64,000 nucleotides of DNA from Candidatus Parcubacteria bacterium (GTDB lineage: Bacteria; Patescibacteriota; Minisyncoccia; UBA6257; JAGOQP01). Below the pieces are notes generated by a model. The model searched no databases, had not been told where the DNA came from, and was given only the letters and a program-made list of their open reading frames with translations. Positions 30,351 through 41,426 of the stretch are shown in pieces. The translations under genes and the position numbers were made by a program. Every line of letters begins with the position of its first letter. Position 1 is the first letter of the stretch. The stretch lies in assembly GCA_025999395.1 (NCBI GenBank), contig AP024682.1, positions 301,638 to 365,637 on the forward strand, written 5' to 3'.

Positions 30351-31217
30351 ATGGCTAAAAGAGCTTTAAAGAATAATGTAAAAATCGGAGCTCATGTCTC
30401 TGTAAGTGGAGGATTTTTAATGGCTTTGGAAAGAGCTAAAGAAATGGGAGCTAACTGTATTCAGATTTTTGGAGCTTCTCCAGTGCGCTGGCAAGCTCTC
30501 TTGCCTTCCCTAAAAGAAGCAAAGGAATTTAAATCTTTAGCTCAAAAGTTGGAAATTCGTCCCATTTTTCTTCACGCTCCTTACTTAATTAATTTAGCAA
30601 GTGCTAATGAGAGATTAGCCAAAATTTCTACTCAGCTGTTAAAAAGGCATTTGGAAATCGCTAACTTTTTAGGAACTCAAGGAGTAATTTTTCATATTGG
30701 TTCCAAAGGTCAAAGGCCTCAAGCAGAAGCGGAGGAATTAGTGGCAAAAAACATTAAAGAGATTTTTTCTTTGGTAAAGGAAGGGTTTTTGTTGATAGAA
30801 AATAGCGCGGGAGCGGGAAATTTAGTGGGAGATACTTTAGAAGAAATAGGAAGAGTTATAGAAAAAGTAGCTAATCCTCGTTTGGGTTTTTGTTATGATA
30901 CTGCTCATGGATTTGAGGCGGGAGTTCTGGTTGATTTTTCCAATGATTCTTTAGATTCTTTTGTTGAAAAAGTAGAAAAATTAATTGGCTTAGAAAGATG
31001 GCTGGCGATTCATGCCAACGACAGCGCTACTGCTGCTTTTTCTAATAAAGATCGGCACGAAAATATCGGTCAAGGTTATTTAGGAAAAGAAGCTTTTTAT
31101 AAGATGCTTCATCATCCCGAATTTAGAAAAAGGCCTTTTATTTTGGAGGTGCCGGGCTTTGATGATCAAGGACCAGACAAGGAAAACATCGATATTTTAA
31201 AGAGTTTAGCTTATTAA
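30351..31217 (+). CDS. nfo: Endonuclease IV
   Basis: IGAHVS, HAPYLINL, DTAH, HANDS and DRHENIG motifs. Confidence 0.95.
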   Translation: MAKRALKNNVKIGAHVSVSGGFLMALERAKEMGANCIQIFGASPVRWQALLPSLKEAKEFKSLAQKLEIRPIFLHAPYLINLASANERLAKISTQLLKRHLEIANFLGTQGVIFHIGSKGQRPQAEAEELVAKNIKEIFSLVKEGFLLIENSAGAGNLVGDTLEEIGRVIEKVANPRLGFCYDTAHGFEAGVLVDFSNDSLDSFVEKVEKLIGLERWLAIHANDSATAAFSNKDRHENIGQGYLGKEAFYKMLHHPEFRKRPFILEVPGFDDQGPDKENIDILKSLAY

Positions 31218-31252
31218 TTTGCTTGAGTTTATTTTTAATTTAAAAGCGGGGT

Positions 31253-31660
31253 ATGTATAAAATCCTTCCTCATACGGCTGATGTAAGGATTTTAGTCTCC
31301 TCTTCAAAAGTTGAGGGACTTTTTAAAGAAGCTTTGAAGGGGTTAGCAGAAATTCTTTCTCCTTTTTGGAAAGAAAGAAAAAGAAAAAAAATTCTTGGAA
31401 AAATTAAGATTTCTTCTTTAAATGAAACGACTCTTTTGATTGATTTTCTTTCAGAGGTTCTTTTAAATTCCTACGCTAAGAAAGCAGTTTTTAAAAAAGT
31501 TGATTTTAAGGAATTTAGAAATAATTTTTTGGAAGCAGAAATTGAAGGTTGGCTGGTGGATGGTTTTAGAAAAGATATTAAAGCCATCACTTATCATGAA
31601 GCCAAAATTAGCCGAGATAAAAAAGGGAGATTTGAAACGGTTATCGTTTGTGATATATAG
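31253..31660 (+). CDS. Archease
   Basis: HTAD N-terminus, IKAITYH and C-terminal DI; directly upstream of rtcB. Confidence 0.92.
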   Translation: MYKILPHTADVRILVSSSKVEGLFKEALKGLAEILSPFWKERKRKKILGKIKISSLNETTLLIDFLSEVLLNSYAKKAVFKKVDFKEFRNNFLEAEIEGWLVDGFRKDIKAITYHEAKISRDKKGRFETVIVCDI

Positions 31661-31689
31661 AAAATATAATTAAAGTTTTTGAATGATTT

Positions 31690-33135
31690 ATGGACTTGAA
31701 GTTTTTAGAAAAAATTTCTGATTATATTTGGGAAATTCCTCAAAGCTTTTCTCCTCGAATGCTGGTGCCGGCAAGGGTTTTTGCTAATCGGCCAATGTTG
31801 GAAAAAATTTCCTCGGATCGTTCTTTAGATCAATTGGTAAATGTAGCAACTTTGCCGGGAATAAAAAAGTATGCTTTAGCAATGCCGGATGCTCATGAAG
31901 GTTATGGGTTTCCGGTAGGAGGGGTGGCGGCTATTTCTTATTCTGAGGGAGTAATTTCTCCAGGAGGAATCGGTTATGATATTAATTGCGGAGTGCGTTT
32001 ACTTTTAACACCGCTGGATTTTTCGCAGGTAAAAAATAGTTTAGAGCGTCTCGCAAAAGAGCTTTACAAAAATATTCCTTCAGGAGTAGGAAGAGGAGGA
32101 AAGATAAAATTATCCAAAAAAGAATTCGATGAAGTTTTAAATGAGGGAGTTCCCAAAGTGATTAAATGGGGCTACGGTTTAGAAAGTGATCTTGATTTTA
32201 TTGAGTCTCGAGGTTTTCTTAAGGAGGCCGAGGCTTTCTGCGTCTCTGAAGTGGCGAAAAGAAGAGGTTTTGATCAATTAGGAACCATGGGAGCAGGAAA
32301 TCATTTTGTAGAGGTGGGCAGAGTAGAAAAAATTTTTGATAAAGAAAAAGCTCGAATTTTTGGTTTAAAAGAAGATCAGGTGACTATTTTAATTCATACG
32401 GGTTCGCGAGGATTAGGTCATCAAGTGGCCACTGATTATATTCGGGAAATGATTAGAGTTTTGGAAAAATATAAAATTAATCTCAACGATTTGGAATTAG
32501 CTTGTGCTCCCTTTAATTCTCCAGAGGGAAAAAACTACTTTAAGGCAATGTCAGCAGCGGCTAACTTTGCTTGGTCTAACCGGCAAGTAATCACTCATTT
32601 AGTAAGAAATGTATTGGTTGAAATGTTTGATTTAGATTACGAAGAAGTAAAAATTCTTTATGATGTTGCTCACAATATTGCTAAAATTGAGGAGTACTCA
32701 TTAGAAAACGAAAAAAAGGAAAAGTTTATTATTCACCGCAAAGGAGCTACTCGAGCTTTTGGTCCGGGCAATAAAGAGATTCCTTCTTTTTACCAAGAAA
32801 CTGGTCAGCCAGTAATTATTCCGGGAAGCATGGGAACCGCCTCCTATGTTTTAGCGGGAACAAAAAAGTCAGAAGAAGTTTCTTTTGGCTCAACTTGCCA
32901 TGGAGCTGGCCGAATGATGTCTCGGCACGCTGCTAAAAAAACAGTTTCCGGAAAAAAAATTAAAGACGAGCTAAGGAAAGAGGGGATTTTTTTAGAAGCC
33001 GGATCTTTATCGGGAATCGCCGAAGAAGCTCCCTTAGCTTATAAAGATGTTGATCAAGTAGTGGAGGTAGTAGAAAAGGTGGGCATTGCTTTAAGGGTAG
33101 CAAGGTTAAAACCAATAGCGGTAGTCAAAGGTTAA
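31690..33135 (+). CDS. rtcB: RNA ligase RtcB
   Basis: MPDAHEGYG, GYDINCG, GNHF, HRKGAT, CHGAGR and EEAPLAYK motifs. Confidence 0.97.
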   Translation: MDLKFLEKISDYIWEIPQSFSPRMLVPARVFANRPMLEKISSDRSLDQLVNVATLPGIKKYALAMPDAHEGYGFPVGGVAAISYSEGVISPGGIGYDINCGVRLLLTPLDFSQVKNSLERLAKELYKNIPSGVGRGGKIKLSKKEFDEVLNEGVPKVIKWGYGLESDLDFIESRGFLKEAEAFCVSEVAKRRGFDQLGTMGAGNHFVEVGRVEKIFDKEKARIFGLKEDQVTILIHTGSRGLGHQVATDYIREMIRVLEKYKINLNDLELACAPFNSPEGKNYFKAMSAAANFAWSNRQVITHLVRNVLVEMFDLDYEEVKILYDVAHNIAKIEEYSLENEKKEKFIIHRKGATRAFGPGNKEIPSFYQETGQPVIIPGSMGTASYVLAGTKKSEEVSFGSTCHGAGRMMSRHAAKKTVSGKKIKDELRKEGIFLEAGSLSGIAEEAPLAYKDVDQVVEVVEKVGIALRVARLKPIAVVKG

Positions 33136-33326
33136 GAGAGAGTTGAAAAAAAGGTAAAATTTTGCTTGGATTTAAAGGGAGTTTCTCTAATTTTCTTCTT
33201 TTTGAGAAATCAATTTTATGATGGTCTATGAACAAAAAGAAGAAGATTGTAAGAAAAAAACACGCTAAAAAGGCTGGCAAGACAATTAGGTCTTTGCGCT
33301 ATCGATGATTAATATTTGTTTTTTAA

Positions 33327-34022
33327 ATGAAAATTAAAGCCACTTCAAAAACAAAACCGTTGGCTATCTTTGACATTGATGGAACTATTTTTAGAAGTTC
33401 TCTAACAGTAGAATTAACTTGGGCGTTAGTAGATTACGGAATTTTTCCTCCTATTGTAAAAAAAGAAATAGAACACTACTATTTGCGTTGGGTTAATCGA
33501 AAAGGAAGTTATGAAGATTATATTAATCAAGTAGTTAAAACCTTTAATAAAAGAATCGAAGGCTGTTTGGTGAAGGATGTTTGTAAGGTTAGCGAGATTG
33601 TTATTAAAGAGCAAAAAGATAAAGTCTATCGATTTAGTCGAGATTTAATTCAGCGTCTAAAGAAGACTCACATTTTAGTAGCTCTCTCAGGTTCTCCTTT
33701 GGAGATTGTGAAAATTTTTGCCAAAAAATGGGGTTTTCAGATATATTTCGGTACTTATTATTTCTCTTCGCAGGGAAAATACAGCGGAGAGATCAAGCCT
33801 ATTCTTAATGATAAGGGAAAGATTATTCTTGATTTAAAAGAAAAAATGGGCTGGAGTTTAAAAAAATCAATTGGGGTGGGAGATACTGAAACTGATGCTA
33901 AATTTTTAGAATTAGTTGAGAAACCGATTTGTTTTAATCCTAACCAAAAGCTTTACAATTTAGCTAAAAAGTTTGGCTGGCAAGTGGTGGTAGAAAGAAA
34001 AGATGTCATTTATTATTTGTAG
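33327..34022 (+). CDS. HAD-IB family hydrolase
   Basis: FDIDGT, LSGS and GDTETD motifs. Confidence 0.9.
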   Translation: MKIKATSKTKPLAIFDIDGTIFRSSLTVELTWALVDYGIFPPIVKKEIEHYYLRWVNRKGSYEDYINQVVKTFNKRIEGCLVKDVCKVSEIVIKEQKDKVYRFSRDLIQRLKKTHILVALSGSPLEIVKIFAKKWGFQIYFGTYYFSSQGKYSGEIKPILNDKGKIILDLKEKMGWSLKKSIGVGDTETDAKFLELVEKPICFNPNQKLYNLAKKFGWQVVVERKDVIYYL

Positions 34023-34044
34023 TTAGACTATCTTTATTTTGAGT

Positions 34045-35883
34045 ATGTGTGGGATTGTTGGTTATGTTGGTAAAAGAGAAGCTCTGCCCATTCTTCTTGA
34101 TGGAATTAAAAATCTTGAATATCGAGGTTATGATTCGGCTGGCATTTTAGTTGTTGATTCTAAAGGAAAACTTTCTTTAGCTAAAAGCGTCGGGAAAATT
34201 TCTAATCTTGAGAAAAAAATAACCAACCAAAATTTTTCTGGTTCTTGGGGGATAGTTCACTCGCGCTGGGCAACTCATGGAGGAGTAACAGAGGCTAATG
34301 CTCACCCTCATTGTGATTGTTCTAAAAATATTTGGTTGGTTCACAATGGTATTATAGAAAACTTCCAAGAGTTGAAGGAAGCTTTATTAAAAAGGGGTCA
34401 TCACTTTCGCTCTCAAACGGATACCGAGGTAATTGCTCACTTAATTGAAGAAATAAAAAAAGAAAAAGGCCTTTCTCTAAAAGAAGCGGTGCCTTTGGCT
34501 TTGAAAAAGATTCAAGGAACTTACGGTTTAGTAATTTTGGATAGAAGAGAGCCTCATCTTTTGGTGGCGGCTCGTAATTTTAGCCCCTTGCTTATTGGTG
34601 TTGGAAATCAGGAAAATATTGTTGCCTCAGATGTAGCAGCCATTCTTTCTCATACTCGAAAAGTAGTTTACTTGAATGATAGAGAATACGCTCTTATTAC
34701 TCCTCAGGATTTTGAAATTTTTAATTTAGATAGTCAGCCTATTTCTTGGAGAGTTCAGGAAATTGATTGGGATTTAAAGGCGGCTAAAAAGGAAGGCTTT
34801 CCTCATTTTATGCTAAAGGAGATTTTTTCTCAGCCTCAATCTTTAGAAGATTCTTTAAGGGGAAGGCTTTTAATTGAAGAAGGAAATGCTAAGTTGGGAG
34901 GATTAGAAAGAATCAAAGAAACCTTAAGAAAGATAAATCGTCTTTATTTAGTTGGTTGTGGAACTGCTTACTTTGCTGCTAAGGTAGGGGAATATATGCT
35001 AGAAGAATATGCTCAAATTCCTACCAAAGCAGAAATTGGTTCTGAGTTTAGATACAAAAAACCCGTTTTTTTAAAAGGTGATGCTTTGGTAGCAATTTCT
35101 CAATCAGGGGAAACCGCTGATACTTTAGCAGCGGTAAGAGAGGCTAAAGAAAAAGGCGTGCTTACCTTAGGAATTGTTAATGTGGTAGGATCCTCAATTG
35201 CTCGTCAAACAGACGCAGGAGTTTATCAACACATTGGCCCAGAGATTAGTGTAGCTTCTACTAAAGCTTTTACTTCTCAGATAGCTATTTTGGCACTGCT
35301 AACTCTTTTTTTAGGAAGACAAAGAAATCTTTCTTTGGTAATGGGTAAAAGAATTGCTCAAGAATTATCGAAAATTCCTTCTTTAGTGAAAAAAGTTTTA
35401 AGCCAAGCTGATTTAATAAAAAATTTAGCTAATAAATATGCTGGCTATAAGAACTTTCTTTTTTTAGGGAGAAAATACAATTTTCCTGTGGCTTGTGAGG
35501 GAGCTTTAAAATTAAAAGAAATTTCTTATGTTCATGCTGAAGGTATCGGATCAGGAGAGATGAAACACGGAACCATTGCTATGATTGATAAAAATTTCCC
35601 TTCAATTGTTCTTGCTTTTCAAGATTCAGTTTATGAAAAAAATCTTTCTAATATTCAGGAAATTAAAGCTCGTCAAGGAAAGGTAATAGCCTTAGCTACT
35701 CAAGGCGACAAAAAAATAAAGAAAATAGCTGACGATGTTATTTATTTACCTAAAACTTTAGAGATGTTAATGCCTATTTTAGCCGTTATTCCTCTTCAGT
35801 TGTTTGCTTATTATTTTGCTGTTTTAAAAGGTCTGGACGTTGATCATCCAAGAAATTTAGCTAAATCAGTTACTGTAGAATAA
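34045..35883 (+). CDS. glmS: Glutamine-fructose-6-phosphate aminotransferase
   Basis: MCGIVG start, LEYRGYDSAG, SQSGETADT and RNLAKSVTVE. Confidence 0.98.
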   Translation: MCGIVGYVGKREALPILLDGIKNLEYRGYDSAGILVVDSKGKLSLAKSVGKISNLEKKITNQNFSGSWGIVHSRWATHGGVTEANAHPHCDCSKNIWLVHNGIIENFQELKEALLKRGHHFRSQTDTEVIAHLIEEIKKEKGLSLKEAVPLALKKIQGTYGLVILDRREPHLLVAARNFSPLLIGVGNQENIVASDVAAILSHTRKVVYLNDREYALITPQDFEIFNLDSQPISWRVQEIDWDLKAAKKEGFPHFMLKEIFSQPQSLEDSLRGRLLIEEGNAKLGGLERIKETLRKINRLYLVGCGTAYFAAKVGEYMLEEYAQIPTKAEIGSEFRYKKPVFLKGDALVAISQSGETADTLAAVREAKEKGVLTLGIVNVVGSSIARQTDAGVYQHIGPEISVASTKAFTSQIAILALLTLFLGRQRNLSLVMGKRIAQELSKIPSLVKKVLSQADLIKNLANKYAGYKNFLFLGRKYNFPVACEGALKLKEISYVHAEGIGSGEMKHGTIAMIDKNFPSIVLAFQDSVYEKNLSNIQEIKARQGKVIALATQGDKKIKKIADDVIYLPKTLEMLMPILAVIPLQLFAYYFAVLKGLDVDHPRNLAKSVTVE

Positions 35884-35896
35884 TTAATTTTTTCTT

Positions 35897-36568
35897 ATGC
35901 TTTATATTGTTTCTACTCCCATTGGTAATTTAAAAGATATTTCTCAGCGCGCTTTGGAAGTTTTGGAAAAAGTAAAGGTTATTATTGCCGAAAGCCCTTC
36001 GGATTCCTTGGTTTTATTAAGAGCTTATAATCTTTTGGGTAAGAAAATTATCAAATATAACGACAAAAACAAACATCGAATAACGGAAAGAATTTTAGAA
36101 ATTTTATCGAAAGAAGATGCAGCTTATATTACTTCGGCTGGTACTCCTACGATTAGTGATCCGGGAGCAGATTTAGTAAGAGCGGCTCGAGAAAAAAAGA
36201 TAGAAATCAGAATAATTCCCGGTCCCTCAGCCTTAATAAGTGCCTTGGCGGCTTCAGGAATTAGAGCTAGAGAATTTACTTTTGTGAGCTTTTGCCCTCG
36301 AAAAAAAGGGCAATTGAAAAATTTCTTTACTCGTTTTCAAGAACAAGAAAGTGTTTTGGTTTTTTTTGAATCTCCTTTTCGGATTCTTAAAACTCTGGAG
36401 GTTTTAAAAGAAGTAGCTCCTTCTTGTTATTTATGTGTTGCCAAAGAAATGACAAAAATTTTTGAAAATTATTTTTGTGGCTCTCCCGAAGAAGTTTTAG
36501 CTCAAATTAATCAATCTCCTAAAAATTTAAAGGGGGAATTTAGTGTAGTAGTTGATTTTAGAAAATAA
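35897..36568 (+). CDS. rsmI: 16S rRNA C1402 2'-O-methyltransferase
   Basis: LYIVSTPIGNL.D, AGTPTISDPG, FESP.R and KGEF motifs. Confidence 0.93.
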   Translation: MLYIVSTPIGNLKDISQRALEVLEKVKVIIAESPSDSLVLLRAYNLLGKKIIKYNDKNKHRITERILEILSKEDAAYITSAGTPTISDPGADLVRAAREKKIEIRIIPGPSALISALAASGIRAREFTFVSFCPRKKGQLKNFFTRFQEQESVLVFFESPFRILKTLEVLKEVAPSCYLCVAKEMTKIFENYFCGSPEEVLAQINQSPKNLKGEFSVVVDFRK

Positions 36569-37628
36569 GCATTCCATCTCCAAACGAAAAGAAGCGAAAT
36601 CTTTCTTTGATGGCAATTTGATAAAGTTTAAGTAAATTTTTCCTTCCTACTAAAGCCGCTACTAACATTAGAAGGCTAGAACGAGGAAGATGAAAATTAG
36701 TGATTAAACCATCAATAAATTTAAAACGATAGCCTTCTTTAATAAAAAGTCGACTGTAACCGTGAGTTTTTATAATTTTTTCCCCAGTAGCGGCACTTTC
36801 TAAAGCTCGAACAACTGTAGTTCCCACAGCGATAATGGGCTTTTGTTCTTTTTTAGCTTGATTAAGAAATTGAGCGGTTTTTTTATCAATTTCATACCAT
36901 TCTGGGTGAAGTTGGTTTTTCTTGAGATTTTCTTCGCTTAAGGGAGCAAAGGTCCCCAGTCCAACATGTAAAGTAAGATAAGCTATTTTGTGGCCTGATT
37001 TTTTTAATTTTTTTAAAAGTCTTTTTGTGAAATGAAGAGAAGCGGTGGGAGCAGCTACAGATCCGATTTTTTGAGCAAAGACTGTTTGATATTTTTCTCT
37101 AAGTTCTTTTTCGGAAAGGGGAGGGTTTTTTTATTATAAGGAGGTAGAGGAGTATGGCCGTATTTTTCTAAGATTTTTAAAATATCCAAGGAGGAACGAG
37201 AATTAATTCTCAGAGAGTAGATCTTTTCTTTTTGACTAATAACAGTAAAAGAAATTTTGGAGTTTAAAAAAAGTTTGGTGCCTATTTTTAGCTTTTTGTT
37301 GGCTAAGGCTTCTATTTTTTTTACCCGGTTTTATCTTTTTTGAGGTAAAGAAGAGCTACTCTCCCTCCCGTTTCTTTTTTTAAGAAAAAGTCGGGCAGGA
37401 ATAACTTTAGTTTTATTGAAAAACCAACACTGAATTGAGGAGGGAGATATTTATTTAAATTTTTTAAAAGTGGTCTAAAAAAACATTTCTACCTTCTTGA
37501 GGAGATTTTTTTATCTTTTTTTGTAAACAAGAAGCCGTGCTTGATCGCGAGGGCGGCTGGGCTCTTGAGCAATCAATTCTTTGGGAAGAAAATAGTCATA
37601 CTTCTTTAAAATTTTTTTCAATTTCCAT
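36558..37628 (-). pseudogene. queA: queA with multiple frameshifts (real decay or sequencing error)
   Basis: Start [23 protein letters not shown] at 37628; SVAAPTASLHF, LHVGLGTF, VGTTVVRALES, ITNFHLPRSSL and FFSFGDGM lie in broken frames. Confidence 0.88.
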
Positions 37629-37633
37629 AATTT

Positions 37634-38839
37634 TTATAAATTTCCTTTCTTTATTTCCTTTCTAATTTTTTCAAGATATTTATTAAAAAAATAAAGATTA
37701 TGAAAAGTAAGAAGAGAAAGGGCGGTTATTTCTTTAGCTTTTAGCAGATGGCAAATATAGCTGCGGCTGTAGTTCTGGCAAAACAAAGCAGTTACAATAT
37801 TTGTCTAAGGGTTTGTTTTCTTTTAAATATTTTCTTTTGTTTAAAATCTATTTTTATTTTTTCTCATGGAAAGACCAGCTCCTTTTAAGTTTTCAGGAAT
37901 TTTTCCTACAAAAGCATAGCCATGGCGAGCATAATGAGTGGGGACGATACAATCAAAAGTATCCACTCCTTCTTTAACGGCTAAAAGGATATCTTCTAAA
38001 TGACCAATTCCTAAGAGATGGCGAGGTTTGTTTGAGGGAAGTTCGTTGATGGTAACTTTAAGAATTGCCCTCATTGATTTTTTATCAATCCCAAATTCTC
38101 CGCCGATTCCAAAGCCATCAAAATCTAGCGAACCAATAAAGTTAGCGCTTGTTTTTCTCAAGTCTTTATATTTTCCTCCCTGAACAATACCAAAAAGAGC
38201 TTGGTTGGTTTTTTTGGTTTTTAAAGCAAATTTTTGCCCAAGTGTGAGTTCTCTCTAAGGCTTTTTGATTGTAATAATAATCCGCCAAGGGAGAAGGACA
38301 TTCATCAAAAGCAAAAATAATATCGGCGCCTAGTTTTTCTTGAATTCTTATTGATTCTTGAGGGCCAATGAAAATTTCTTTTCCATCTAAGGGTGATTGA
38401 AAATAAACTCCTTGATTTGTAATTTTAATTTTTTTGAGGTTTGTGAAAAACAGTGATTTTTTGGAGAGAAGATTTATGAGAGGGAATTTTGATTTTTTAA
38501 GCACCTTTCCCGTTTCATAATCTCTTCCAAAACCAAAACTAAAAACTTGAAAGCCAGCAGAATCAGTCATTAAAGGTTTGGGCCAGTTCATAAATTTGTG
38601 CAGCCCGCCGTTTTTTTTTGATAATTTCTTCTCCCGGCTTTAGATGAAGATGAAAAGTGTTAGCAATAAGAATTTGAGTACCTGTTTCTCGGACTCTTAA
38701 GCTGTCTAAGGTTTTTACTGTGGCTTGAGTGGCTACGGGAACAAAAGCTGGAGTTTCTACTTCTCCGTGAGGAGTTTTAATAACTCCTAATCGAGCAGAA
38801 GAATTTTTTGACTTTTTTTAGTACTCGAAAGCTAATCAT
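37634..38839 (-). pseudogene. tgt: tgt (tRNA-guanine transglycosylase) with multiple frameshifts
   Basis: ARLGVIKTPHGEVETPAFVPVAT, TDSAGFQVFS, PRHLLGIG and GVDTFDC fragments in different frames. Confidence 0.9.
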
Positions 38840-38917
38840 AAAGATGTTTTTTTATTAAAAATCAATTATAATGAGGATTATCTTAAATGCCAAGTTTTAG
38901 AATTAAAAAATTTTAAC

Positions 38918-39473
38918 ATGACGCGCCAAGAAGCCTTAAAAATTTTAGACGAGTGGGTAAAAAATCCCAATCTTAAAAAAACATATGCTGGCAGTTGCCA
39001 ATGCTATGGCTTATTATGCAAAAAAGTTTAACGAGGATGTAGAAAAATGGTACGTTACAGGATTGCTTCATGATTTGGATTATGAAAAATATCCCCATCC
39101 TCAAGAAGGCGGTCATCCTTACAAGGCGATTGAGTTTTTGAAAGACAAATTAGATGAAGAGTCTTTGAAAGCTATTTTAGCTCACGCTTCTTACACTGGA
39201 GCACCGCGGGAGAGTTTGATGGCAAAAACGCTTTTTGCGGTTGATGAGTTGGTTGGATTTATTGTGGCAGTAGCTTTAATCAAACCTGATAAATCTTTAA
39301 ACTCGGTTGATGTCGAGTCGGTTAAAAAAAGATTTAAGGAAAAAAGATTTGCGGCTGGAGTAAATCGCGAAGAAATTTTTCAGGGAGCGGCGGAATTAGG
39401 AATAGGATTGGAAGAACACATTCAAAATGTAATCAATTCAATGAAAGAAATTTCTAATCAGTTAGGGATTTAG
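38918..39473 (+). CDS. HD-domain protein with one frameshift near the start
   Basis: MTRQEALKILDEWVKNPNLKK joins HMLAV after removing one A from an A-run at ~38975-38981; GLLHDLDY. Confidence 0.85.
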
Positions 39474-41425
39474 CGCTTGGATTTTTTTAATTTTTCGATT
39501 AATTCTTTGATTTCAACTACTTTTTCAAATTGAAGATTTCTTTGAGCTAGTTCTAATCTTTGCTTAAGCTCTCGCAGGTAATCTTTTTTGAATTCCTCTT
39601 GAATAGTGAGTTTAGAAACGGCTTCTTTTTTCTTTAAGGGGAGAGTGCTAATAATTTCTTTGATAATTGGCTGAGGATTTTTGTGATGTTTTTGATTATA
39701 TTTTTCTTGAATAGCTCTTCTTCTTTCCATTTCTTTTATAGCTTCTTTCATAGATTTAGTTATTTTATCAGCGTACATAATTACCTTACCATGCAAACTT
39801 CGAGCCGCTCGGCCCGCTACTTGAATAAATGATGTTTTATCCCTTAAAAATCCCTCTTTATCAGCATCTAAAATTGCTACCAAAGACACTTCTGGCAAAT
39901 CTAAACCTTCTCTAAGTAAATTTACTCCTACCAAAACATCATATTTTCCTTGTCTTAGATCAAAAAGAATTTGCGGTCTTTCTAAGGTATCGATTTCTGA
40001 ATGAAGAAAAGCCGCTTTTATCTTTTTGTCTTTAAGATATTGAGCCAAAGTTTCAGAAAGTTTTTTGGTAAGAACGGTTACTAATACTCTTTCTTTGTTT
40101 TTAATTCTTTGAAGGATTTCTTTAACGAGATCGGGTATTTGGTTTTTAGTTTTTCTTACTTCTACCTCTGGATCTAAGATAAAAGTGGGTCTAACAATTT
40201 GCTCTACCACTAAATCTGATTTCTTTATTTCGTACTCGGCTGGAGTAGCTGAAGAAAAAAGACATTGAGCTTGGGAAGTTTTTTCAAGAAATTCCTGAAA
40301 AGTAAGGGGTCGATTATCTAAAGCGGAAGGAAGTCGAAAGCCGTGTTCAATCAGAGCTTTTTTTCTCGATTTATCTCCTTCAACCATTCCTCTTAATTGA
40401 GGAATGGTAATGTGGGATTCGTCGATTACTAAAAGAAAGTCTGAAGGAAAATAATCGATTAAAGTAAAGGGAGGACTATTTGGTTGTCGGCCATCAAAAT
40501 AACGAGAATAGTTTTCTATTCCTTTACACCAGCCCACCTCAGCAATTAGAGCTAAGTCATAAAGAGTTCTTCTTTTTAATCGCTCAGCCTCTAAAAATTT
40601 CTTTTGTTTTTGAAGATTTTGGATTTGTTCTTCCAGCTCTAACTTTATATTGGAAATAGCGATTTCTCTAACACTTTCTTCGGAAAGCCAAAATTTAGCC
40701 GGGAAAAGATCAATTTCTTTAACTTCTTTGCTTTTTCCCCAAGGAGCTTCCATTTCAATGATTTTTTTAACTTGATCATTGGTAATTTGAACTCGGTAAA
40801 TTAAATCTTTTCCTGAGGGCCAGACATCGATAAACTCTGCTCGCTGACGAAATTTTCCTCGCCAAAAATCGTACTCATTTCTTTCAAATTGAAGTGCTAA
40901 TAATTTTTTTAAGAATTCTCTTTTGGAGATTTTTTGATTAAGTTTAATTTTTAAGGAGAGATTTTGGTAAGTTTGAGGGGAGCCTAAATTGTAAATACAG
41001 GAAACCGAAGCCACAATAATAGTGTTTCGATTTTTTAAAACAGATTGGACAGCAGCGTGCCTAAGCTTTTCGATTTCTTCATTGATTTGAGCTTCTTTTT
41101 CAATATAAGTATCTGAAGCGGGCAAATAAGCTTCTGGTTGATAGTAATCGTAATAGGAAACGAAGTAGTGAACATAATCTTGAGGAAACAATTCTTTAAA
41201 CTCTTCGTAAAGTTGAGCGGCTAAGGTTTTATTATGAGAAATCACCAAAGTTGGCTTGTTTAAAGCTTGAATTACATTAGCAATGGTAAAAGTTTTACCA
41301 CTGCCGGTTACTCCTAGCAGCGTTTGAAATTTATTTCCCTTTTTGAATCCTTTTACAAGTTTTTGGATAGCCTGAGGCTGATCTCCGCTAGGTTTTAATC
41401 TTTTTGAAAGATGGAAGACTGACAT
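39470..41425 (-). CDS. uvrB: Excinuclease ABC subunit B
   Basis: GVTGSGKT, YYDYYQPEAY and NLLREGLDLPEV motifs. Confidence 0.98.
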   Translation of the reverse strand: MSVFHLSKRLKPSGDQPQAIQKLVKGFKKGNKFQTLLGVTGSGKTFTIANVIQALNKPTLVISHNKTLAAQLYEEFKELFPQDYVHYFVSYYDYYQPEAYLPASDTYIEKEAQINEEIEKLRHAAVQSVLKNRNTIIVASVSCIYNLGSPQTYQNLSLKIKLNQKISKREFLKKLLALQFERNEYDFWRGKFRQRAEFIDVWPSGKDLIYRVQITNDQVKKIIEMEAPWGKSKEVKEIDLFPAKFWLSEESVREIAISNIKLELEEQIQNLQKQKKFLEAERLKRRTLYDLALIAEVGWCKGIENYSRYFDGRQPNSPPFTLIDYFPSDFLLVIDESHITIPQLRGMVEGDKSRKKALIEHGFRLPSALDNRPLTFQEFLEKTSQAQCLFSSATPAEYEIKKSDLVVEQIVRPTFILDPEVEVRKTKNQIPDLVKEILQRIKNKERVLVTVLTKKLSETLAQYLKDKKIKAAFLHSEIDTLERPQILFDLRQGKYDVLVGVNLLREGLDLPEVSLVAILDADKEGFLRDKTSFIQVAGRAARSLHGKVIMYADKITKSMKEAIKEMERRRAIQEKYNQKHHKNPQPIIKEIISTLPLKKKEAVSKLTIQEEFKKDYLRELKQRLELAQRNLQFEKVVEIKELIEKLKKSKR

Positions 41426-41426
41426 T

